DNA from: Elsinoe ampelina
Lineage: Eukaryota
DNA length: 64,000 nt
Reading direction: 5' to 3'
Assembly: GCA_010093995.1 (NCBI GenBank)
Contig: ML992507.1
Span: 741,576 to 805,575, forward strand
Shown: in pieces, positions 15,419 through 25,181 of the stretch
Numbering within the stretch: the stretch's first letter is position 1
Layout: each line of letters opens with the position of its first letter
Translations under genes and position numbers: made by a program
The notes under the pieces: model-generated
The model's database searches: none
Told to the model about the DNA's origin: nothing
The model's input: only the letters and a program-made list of their open reading frames with translations

Positions 15419-15725
15419 GCGATGAAGCATTGCAGGGTGGGCCGCAGTCAACGTAGTGCATGGGTAATGATGGTATAATGCGATCAATGTCTTGTCCAAG
15501 GTATACCTACCAGTGTTCGGCACCTGGTAAAGCATCAGGATGCTGAAGCCTTACGATCAATTACGAATGTTTCAAGTATCGGACAATTGATCGCGGTCGA
15601 CTACGAAGATACCAAGCCTTCACATGAAGGCATGGGCGCCGAAGTCGCGGAGTCATGCTCTTCTAGCCGATACAGGTCAGTCAATGGAATGAGGGGTTAT
15701 ATTGTTTGACATTGTACCTCCCCAC

Positions 15726-15844
15726 AGATACGGCCACAGACAGTTGAAAGCAAGGCATCCCGTCAGATCTGCCATATTTAAGCAACTGATCGCCTGATTA
15801 GTAATGCGGTGGGTGACCACGTGTGAATCCCAGGTGCTGTATCT
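15726..15844 (+). rRNA. 5S rRNA gene, dispersed copy 2
   Basis: 119 nt AGATACGGCCACAGAC...GTGCTGTATCT followed by TTTGCTTTTTTT terminator; TTATATT about 27 nt upstream. Confidence 0.93.
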
Positions 15845-16229
15845 TTTGCTTTTTTTGTACACTTTACTTTCCTTCTTCCTACGCAAAGGATAGGGCAAAT
15901 GAGAATTCGTTGCGTGTGTGCTGGACACAGTTGTCTGGACACAGTTGTCGCAGATCATGACAATGCGGGGACAACACGTCGGACAATCTGCTGCCGAGCA
16001 CATTTTCCACGTTATTTCATGCGCATCTTCACTTTAACTTAACTTTTGACCTGGACGAGTATCGCTGATATTTCTCCGTCGGCACGGTCTAGACATTCCC
16101 GTGCATCATACCGATGTAACGATGTTTGAGCCGCGTGCCGCTTAATTCGGGCAGCTATATAGACGCAATGGAGTCAACATCAACAAAGGTTTGCGTCGTT
16201 TCCTTCAGTCTCGACATACTCCCATCACG

Positions 16230-17934
16230 ATGCGGCTCCCGTATACTGCAGTCTTTAGTGTGGCAGCTGTAGCTGCTGCGTCGAGCAACTCCTCCAACTC
16301 CACTTATATCAACCCCGTATTGCCTGGGTGGCATTCTGATCCTAGCTGTACATACGTTGCCGATCACATGAAGTTGTTCTGCACAGTTTCTACCTTCTCG
16401 ACTTTTCCTAGTATCCCGATTTACTACAGCGAGGACTTTCTGAACTGGAACCTCGCCAGTAATGCCTTGACACGACTGAGCCAGGCACCTCTGCTGTCTT
16501 ATACGACCTTTCAGTCTCAGAATGATGGATTATGTGCCCCAGCCATAAGATATCGGAACGGCACATTCTATGTCATCACCTCATATGTATCCATTCAACC
16601 CACATTCACAGCCAGGGGTCTTCTTTTCAAATCCACAGACCCTTTTGACGAGGACTCGTGGGGAGATCCACTCCGATTCGAGGTCGGACATATTGATCCT
16701 GGTCTATACTGGGACGACGATGGTACCGCCTATGTCTCTTACGCCGGCCTATCCCAGCAGACTCTCGACCTGGAGACCGGACTCCGTGTTGGACAGTACC
16801 GGATATGGAACGGCTCTGGAGGCAGACTACCAGAAGGACCGCACATCTACAAGAAGGACGGATACTCGTGTCTGCTAGCCGGCGAGGGTGGAACAGAGCT
16901 CGGCCACCAGGTCACCATCGCCAGATGGACACTCGGCCCCGCGGGCCCGTACGAGGCTACGCTGGCAATCCGATCTTGACGAACAAGAACATCACAGAAT
17001 ACTTTCAAACAGTCGGACACGCCGATTTCTTCCAGGATGTGAACGGCAAATGGTGGGGTGCATGTCTCGCCATCAAATCCAGTCCAGAGTGGGTGAACTA
17101 CCCAATGGGTAGAGAGTTTGTCCTGTTCCCCGTGACCTGGAGTGAAGGAGAGTGGCCCATCCTCGAGCCAGAACGGGGTCGAATGATTGGCTGGTCACTG
17201 CTTAGTCCAGCAGCGAACAGTTCGGCCATCACAGGACCAGACGTCTTCGATTTTGAATTCGGCTTATCACTCCATTTCCCTTCATCTTCTGGCGATTGGC
17301 ACTCGAAGGCACATTCACCGTCTTCCCCGAGGACCATCCATCAAGCCTGCAAATCATCCCATCGCAGTCCAATCTGACAGGCAGCCTAGAAGTACCTTCC
17401 GAGATCGCCTTCTTCGGTAGACGCCAAACCCACACCCAATTCAACCTGACCCTAGACCTCCACTTCCGCCCCGAGGCCGCAGGCGAAGAAGCAGGGATCA
17501 CTCTTTTCCTAACGCAGTACCAACACATCGACCTCGCGCTCATACGCAGCGATACCTCTAAAGCTAGCACCTCCGGCCTGTTCCTATGATCCCAGTCGAC
17601 CGCAAACGGCAAGCCCGACCAGCCAGTGCCAGACACCATCGCGCATCCGCTCCCCGATGCCTGGCAGGGTAGTCCAGTCCGCTTGAGCGTCCAAGCTGTC
17701 AACGAGACGCACTACCATCTTACTGCCGCTTCCGTGGAGAATGCATCGCACGTGCTGGATTTTGGGTTTGCACCGGCCACGGTCCTCTTCGGAGGCACGG
17801 GGTCGTTTACCGGGACATTGCTTGGGATGTATGCTATGATTAATGGCGGTACGGGGGGGATGCCGGCGTATTTCAGCTGGTGGAGGTATACGGGGGAGGC
17901 TCAGCAGATTGACAATGGTGGTCTCATTGCTTGA
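16230..17934 (+). pseudogene. GH43 beta-xylosidase/arabinofuranosidase pseudogene
   Basis: Signal peptide, NPVLPGWHSDPS, IDP.LYWDDDG, PEGPHIYKKDG, QTVGHADFFQD, MGRE, C-terminal FTGTLLGMYA. Frameshifts at ~16955 and ~17272; in-frame TGA at 17587-17589. Confidence 0.85.
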
Positions 17935-18456
17935 AACTCATCTTTGCGGAAGTGGTCGGCTTCTGGCAGTGGCAAAGAATGACTTTGTTCGTCACGGTAA
18001 GGGTACAGAAACGGGCCTGCACAGGTCGAGAATGTCACACTGAGATTGTCCTGTCATAAAAGAGTGGCATAGACCAACAAGGATGGATGAATGACATTAT
18101 TGTCACCACAATGACTGCTTAATAAAATGTGCTCTGTTGAAGAGTAATCGTACCCAAAGTTTTCAGCACCCTTCATTGCATTCTACCATGCTTTTAACTA
18201 CAGCTCGTCACTTTTACATGCCTTCTTGCTTGGTACCCCTTGCTGATGGCTCGTTCCCGGTCTTTTATTCGTGCTCGATACTACCAGCTTACAACGCCTC
18301 TATCATGATTAGTTCTGATCCCGATACAGAACGTAGGGACCTGGTAGTACCTTACCATCCATGATCCCAACAGGCGTTGCGGAGCATGCGTCCACCACTT
18401 CCGCTTCTTGACTTGGCTTCCTCGATTGATGCAATTGGTAACCGGAAACGCGACCC

Positions 18457-18765
18457 TCAGTCACCACTAGCATCCTTGGGGTCGCTACCACTCACACCAC
18501 TGGCATCTCTCTTTCCACTGGGTGCAGATTCGGAGCCGCTACCACTCACATCACCAGCATGCCTCTTGCTACCAGGGGCATGCTTCGACTCGCAACCACT
18601 CACATCACCAGGGTGTCTGGCCGATAGTACGAGCGAATCAGTGTGAAGCAGATCCCCAGCAGGGGCGGCGCGGAGTCCTAGCTCGACCTGGCCGGCTCTT
18701 GAATAGGCCTGGATGAGAGCGGGCAGGAGGCCGAGAAGGATGGTAAAGTTGATAGGTGCGACCAT
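18457..18765 (-). CDS. Small secreted repeat protein with Kex2 (KR) sites, 102 aa
   Basis: Signal peptide MVAPINFTILLGLLPALIQA; units HPGDVSGCESKHAPGSKR / HAGDVSGSGSESAPSGKR / DASGVSGSDPK-DASGD, with 54-bp DNA periodicity. Confidence 0.65.
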   Translation of the reverse strand: MVAPINFTILLGLLPALIQAYSRAGQVELGLRAAPAGDLLHTDSLVLSARHPGDVSGCESKHAPGSKRHAGDVSGSGSESAPSGKRDASGVSGSDPKDASGD

Positions 18766-19831
18766 TGTGAAGTTGTAGGGGGTTGTAAGGGGGATGATTG
18801 AAAGTGTTCAAGCGGGTCAGTTGTTGTGAGTGGGCGTAGGTGCTGCTTGATGAGAAGATTGTTGTATGGCACATTCTGCATTTTGGTAGTGTGATGCTGC
18901 ATTGATAGGTTGTGTCGAGGTAGCTTCGTTATCCTCCTTTGATACTCGGGGTATCTCCCTCGCTCTTACTGGTCGGGATTACCAGGAAAATATTCCGATG
19001 TTGATGGATACGGCACTGGACCAATGGGACATAGACACTGTAATCTCCTCACGGCGCCCAATGACATCGGCAGATCACCCTCTCCAGACGGAGGTACTGC
19101 TCTTTTCGTGCAGGCTATCGGTTCCTTATGGTAGTCTTTGCCACGAGTGAGACGGGTGGTGAGGGATAGTCCTCGCCGTCGCCTCCCCTGAGGTCAAGGG
19201 AAGGTGGCGATGCGATTGACTCGGGAGAGCCGAAGAAACAATCTATTTCGAAGAATGCACGGCTTCAAGAAGCGCCGTACCGGATGAGAGGCCCATGATA
19301 TGGGATGCTTGGAGCAACATAGGTTTCCCCATATGATGTGCCATATCTTCCCATCAATCGGAAAGATCGTTGCAGATCCAGGATCCATATGCCAGGGAGT
19401 TAGGTAGGTAGCCAGAGAAGTTGAGACCTCACAGTATCTTCCTGGCAGACTAAATGATAGCAAATACGTGTGCAGCGTCTCCGTAGTACTAGCAGGTGTT
19501 GTCAAAGCTTGCTGAGGTCTGTCCATGGGATGCCGTAACCTCTATCTGCCTCATATGGCAAGCCGCGTCCCCAACCTGTGTGTCAAAGGGTACTGCCTCG
19601 AGAAGTCTCAGGTAGACCTCTCAAGGAGTAGCTTTGCGAACATGAAATGTCCATGGTCAAAGCTGCACGGTACGTCTAAGAGAGACCCAAAAATAGTCCA
19701 CAGGCATAAGCCGCAGCCCTCGGAATGGAGGCTCGCAGGTCACCGCCCATATACCTAGTGGACCAACACAGGAGGAGCACAACGGCGACTCCAATATGAC
19801 TTGGTAGTATTAAACATGCAAAAAAAGAAAA

Positions 19832-19950
19832 AGATACAGCACCTGGGATTCACACGTGGTCACCCACCGCATTACTAATCAGGCGATCAGTTGCTTAAAT
19901 ATGGCAGATCTGACGGGATGCCTTGTTTTCAACTGTCTGTGGCCGTATCT
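19832..19950 (-). rRNA. 5S rRNA gene, dispersed copy 3
   Basis: 119 nt, differs from copy 2 at one position (25 G>A); followed by TTTTCTTTTTTT terminator; ATATAT upstream. Confidence 0.93.
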
Positions 19951-20856
19951 GCCAAGGCCTGTAAAATGATATATGATCTTGTATAATTTTGAAGGGTGAT
20001 GCAAGAAAGTAGGCAATGGCTCTGCCGCAGCACCGACAGATGCTACCGTCCGTCACTTGGTGCTATTGTCCGTCACTCAATGGCCATGTTACTCAGGCTG
20101 GTACCTGTATGCTACAAGCAGGTATGCCCCTCTTTGTCTTCTCCTTTTCTCTCAGCCGGTATGATTGTACAGGACCGGACCATCACCCTCGCCAAGCCTA
20201 CCCTTGAAACAAGCACCAGCCCCCAGCCCTACGACTCGCTCGCTTGGGAGCCACGAGTCAGCCACCCCACGTGTCACGGCCGCAGGGCCCGTGGGCCTGA
20301 GCGACGATCTGCGTTGTCCGGCGATCGTGTGTTGGTGTCCTGAAATGGAAAAAGGTGTAGCAGGGGTGACCATGGGAGTCAATGGTTCCGGATTGGGCAA
20401 CATTCGCGCGGATTAGACTACATGGTGGTGGTGTTAAAGTGACCCGGGACGGCTGGAATGAATTGTGTGATTGATTTGTACTGTATTCGACAGAGTATTT
20501 GATATAAACCCCTGAGTGGTCGATTTAGGTTGGGAGACGGGCAGAAGGTGTGTGTGTTGCCTTGTGCCAGGAATATACTCGGTTATAGTTGACCTTGTAG
20601 GTCGTGGCACGGAGTCGTGAAGCGACGATCGTGCGTGCTGTACGGCATGCCAGCGACATGGTACTAGGTCATCGAGATGTGGTTGGGTACCTTCGTTCAT
20701 TGTTGGCCCCTGCGGAGCCATACGGTGTGCGTAGTGACAACAACATAGTTCCGATATGATCTGAGTGATCCGCTCGGGGACTTTACCAGGCGTAGCTCTC
20801 CACTACCAGTCGGCCAGATAGAGCAGATAGTTCGTGGTGAGCCTAACGGGAAATGC

Positions 20857-21964
20857 CTACCAACCGTAACGATCACGAAGGGCGTACAACGCCAACAGAG
20901 ACACCAACGCTATCACACTGAACGTCAACCTCCACGAAGCCTGGACCATGGTTAATCGGAAAGTCGGTGTAAATTACACCGCCTGTCAAAGACGTACCCC
21001 AGGTGACGATCCCATTGGTCGGCTCGGAATCAGGCCTCCCTTCTCGTCCGCGGAGCCGCTTGGAACGATGCTACTCTGGCCTTTATCCGAGTAGGCTGAG
21101 ATAGTGCGGATTGTGATGGAGAAAGGACCCTTTTGTGTGCCGAAAAAGCTTTGACAGGTTTTAGCGTGGTTGTGAAACGGCATCAAGAGCCGGGATGTTG
21201 GGTGAACAGACCTCCGCATCATGATGCTGATTCGCTTGATAGACGAAGTTTCGAGTGGCTTCGCGTCGTCTTGCTCTCTTCCACGATAGGTTGCCTTGAA
21301 TTTAGACCATGGGATCAAGATTGTGGTAGAGGATGAGTGGTCGATTGTGGATGGTGAGGGGGTTGTGAAATCGTACTCGTACGATGTCGTTGCCTGTTCC
21401 CGACCATTGTCGGCATTCTTGGGAAGTAGCGAATCTTTGAGGATTAGTGTATACTTCTTACCTGCTCGGTATTAGAGGCAAACGACGTCTGTGGATGCGG
21501 TATGTATGTACCATCTGCTTTGTCGACGTTCACTCGGATGCCGTCAAAGTTGGACAAATTCCATGTCCGAGTGTCGTCTGTGGTGCGTTGACTGGCGAAG
21601 CCGGCGCCGCCAAGTGTGTCGATGTCGAGATCGCCAAAGAAGCGCCCTGAGGAGCCATCTGTCTCGAAATAGGACTGTACCAAGGGCGTAATTAGTTTCG
21701 TGTTGCACCACGTGGGCAGACGGCTTCAGCTGAAGGGAGCGAAGATCCATGGTCTGCCACAATCAAACAGAATTGCAAGCGTATCAAAGGAACACACCTC
21801 TGATTTCCCACCACGGACTCTATCATCACTGGCTGTCCAATCCGAAGCCTTCCACTTCCTGATGAAATGTGTTAGGGTAGCCTGATCCACTGTTTGATGG
21901 GCAGGAATAACTACTTCTCCCCTCCGAATAGGTCAACGGTGGACGACGTCAGAGCCTGGACCAT
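20857..21964 (-). CDS. CIA30/NDUFAF1-family protein with predicted C-terminal membrane anchor, 6 exons
   Basis: WTASDDRVRGGKS, FFGDLDIDTLGGAGFASQRT, IPWSKFKATYRGRE, IMMRSFFGTQKGPF. Introns 21859-21914, 21675-21797, 21462-21511, 21149-21211, 20941-20997; last exon ASWRLTFSVIALVSLLALYALRDRYGW*. Confidence 0.82.
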
Positions 21965-22073
21965 GTTCGATAACCTCTTGGACGGCTGGTGCTCAGTATC
22001 AAGATGAAATGAAGCGGGGAGTGTATAGGCGAAGAGCAAGTATTGGGCAAGAATGCGGAGTTTACTGTACCAA

Positions 22074-22332
22074 TGTCAACCGAGGCATAAGCTGGAGCGC
22101 CAAGAAGACCCTGATTCAGTTTATCCCAAGGTTGAACTAAACACTTATCCACTACTCTACTAATTTATGATCAAATTAGATGGTTATTGTCTTAATCTGT
22201 TATTACTTAGGAGTTCTATTGATTTATCTATCTCTTAGTTTATTAGGTTAAGTATTTATATAGTTATAATTTACCTTAGTTTAGTGAATTAGGTAGTAAT
22301 TAATCCTTTTTCCTCCCTTATACAAGTTAATA
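22074..22332 (+). repeat. Copia 5' LTR
   Basis: Aligns without gaps to 34201-34459; differences are C>T/G>A transitions. Confidence 0.95.
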
Positions 22333-22614
22333 GTTATAAGCCCGGTATAACTACCCCTATATAAGTATATTACTTAGTTGCTTTCCTACTCTATTTATTA
22401 GTTAATTCTCTACTATTTTACTTTTTAAGTATTAGAATCTATTAAGAACTGTCTTAACTATAACTACAGGATTTAGGTGTTAATAAAGGGATAAATAACT
22501 ATAGATACTAATACCTTAATAGCTAGAACATCTATTATCCTTGCTATATTAGCTAAATAGGCTAGCTAGCTATATATTATTAAGATAAGAGCATTAAATA
22601 CTAAGATATAGAAC

Positions 22615-23079
22615 TATTACGAACTAGTAGGACAAGCTAGAGCATAGAGATGTTAGGACTAATTAAACTACTAAGGTTATTACGTAACCTAGCTCGATGT
22701 TTACTTAGTTCTTTATCTTCTCTAGTAGCTCTACTCTAGAAACTATAGAGCGTATAGGATTACTAGTAGACGTATACTCTGTCTTCTCTAGCGGCTCTAC
22801 TATAGAGCACATAGAGTATATAGAGTATATAGTAAAGAACATATATATATAGGAATAGTCCTTACCTTATATAAGTACTATAGTTAACCTTGTCTAGATA
22901 GCGAATACTAGTATTACTAAGGCTAGCCTTTATAATACTATCTAATTGTACTTTATTATCTATAAGATATACCTTCTCTAACTCTTACCTTAGTACTATA
23001 CTACTATAGAAGTAGAACTACCTTGTTCTTAGCTTAGCTTAGACTACTAATGTAAGCTATATTTAGACAGTTCGTAACA
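22615..23079 (+). repeat. Gypsy 5' LTR
   Basis: Gapless match to 29172-29636; ends GTTCGTAACA. Confidence 0.95.
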
Positions 23080-23195
23080 TTTTAACTACCCTTACTATAG
23101 TATAGCACGCTATAAGGTTAATAAGTAACTCTTACTCTAAGTTACTATTAGCATCTTCGATCGCTAGTAAGCTAGAAAAGCTTACTATTAATAAT

Positions 23196-25181
23196 ATGTC
23201 TACTACTAGTTTAACCTCGAGTAAATATAGAAGGTCTCTTAGTATAGAGGAAGAATAGAGTAAGCCTAAGTTAGAAGTAGAACTCTTCTATAGGGACCGC
23301 GCCTACTTAAGGCGCTTCCTTATTTAACTTAAAGCTTTCTTTACTCTAGAGAGAGATAAGTATACTAACGACGTAGTAAAGGTCCTCTATACTAGAATAT
23401 ATCTTAAAGGCGCTACCTTTAGGTAGTTTAAGCCTTATATAAGTAGCTACCTAGATAGATAACTAGGCCTAGATATAAAGGCTATCTTTAAGAGCTTTAG
23501 TATCTTCTAGGCAAAGATTAAGTAAGTCTTTAATATATCTAATAAGAAATATATCGCCGCGACGAAGATCTAATAACTATAATAACGTAGGTCTATAGCC
23601 TAGTACTATTCCTAGTTCTAATAACTTATAATACACCTAGACTAGAATAATAGTGCTAAATATTTAGTATTCTACTAAGGACTAAGTAACTTAGTCAAAG
23701 ACTAAATAATACCTAAGCTACCTAATAGCCTCTAAGAACTAGTAGATACTATAATTACTATTAATAACTAACTTTACAAACGACGTATAGAACGTTATAG
23801 AGGATATAAGGTAAATACTAGATATACGCGTTTCTCTCGAAACTATAGAGACTCTATAGAACTTAACGTTATACGCGAAGGTTGCCCCTTATAGGTACAA
23901 GGCCGAAGTTATAGAGGAAAGTTCCTTAGTAGAAAAGAGAAAGAGAAGTATAGATAAGACAATCTATATTTTAAGTATAAAAGACCTAGGTATTAGGCTA
24001 GGGACTACTAATAAGAGGCGCTAGCCGATAGATTATATATAATAGTTGCCGGGCTAGTAGAGAAAAAGGCTAACACTACTATAGAAGACCTAATAACCTT
24101 TAGCGTAGGTAAGGAAACATAGAAGAAGTCTATAACAACTTAAGAGGTAATAGAATTCTCTCTAGATATTACACTTAACATTTCTACAACTAATAGCAAA
24201 TAATAAAGCTAATATATAACACTATTATAGATAGTATATTATAATAACTCTTGTTATATTTACTTATTAGACAAGTAGAAATCTAGTTAGTTTCTATATA
24301 AGCTATCTAAGCGTAGGTAACTAACGAAATAGCTAGACTAGAAACCTAACCTAGAAGAGCTCTCTATAATTAGTAGTAATATTAACTAACCTTAGAGAGT
24401 AGTTAGCGACAATTACTAATATACGATTATTAAGACGAAGTATTAGAACGTAAGTGCTATATAACAATATAGTAGTCTTACCTTTAGCTCTTATAGCAAA
24501 CTATAAGGAAAGGCATATTATATATCGCTCTAGAAATGTATAAATCTAGATTGTAAATAGTACTATACTATTTACTTATACGATATACTTAGAGAAGAGG
24601 CTATTAGTCTTAAATATACTATAGACTTCTTAGTAATCGAAATAGATAGTACTATTCTCTATAGCTAAGTACGGGAATATACTTAGTATAGCTTTACTAA
24701 CTATAACTATACTAGAGATAGTAGCAATAAAGAGAAATATAACGAAGAATATACTAAATAACTATAATATAACAACATAGATAACAATTTATCTAACAAC
24801 GACAACGATATACTACTACTAGGTAGACGACTTAAAGTATACCTTATAGGGATATAGAGAAACTATATAATAATATACACCTATTACTAGAACAGAACAC
24901 GACAAGATAAATCTACTTAACCTACTTTCGTCTTTAATGCTAATACCTAGCTATACCTAGAGAGAATAGTTATACTAATATAAGTATATAACACTACTTA
25001 GTGTAACTAATAGAGAATTATTAGACTTTATAGTCATTAAGGAACGTAAGTACCGGAAGTTTACCTCGCTATATTAAATAATAACAAGACATAACTAGCC
25101 TAATAGATATAGTACTAATAGTAGATACGCGTAGGAAGGAATTAGCTACTTATCTAAGGCGCTATAATAACAAAAAACTAG
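23196..25181 (+). pseudogene. Gypsy ORF1 (gag with long C-terminal extension), RIP-disrupted
   Basis: ATG at 23196, zinc knuckle and two W..C-x4-C-x2-H motifs share one frame, which ends in AAAAAAC-TAG at 25172-25181. Confidence 0.7.

Noticed and set aside
15921..15948. 14-bp tandem duplication CTGGACACAGTTGT downstream of 5S copy 2
   Set aside because: Only two copies and no associated element ends; likely slippage.
19194..20420. Short ORFs flanking 5S copy 3
   Set aside because: No recognisable motifs or consistent splice structure; may be degraded remnants but cannot be supported.
23080..23092. Self-priming PBS of the Gypsy element
   Set aside because: No tRNA-type PBS is evident and only a 7-nt match to the LTR was found; RIP prevents a confident call.
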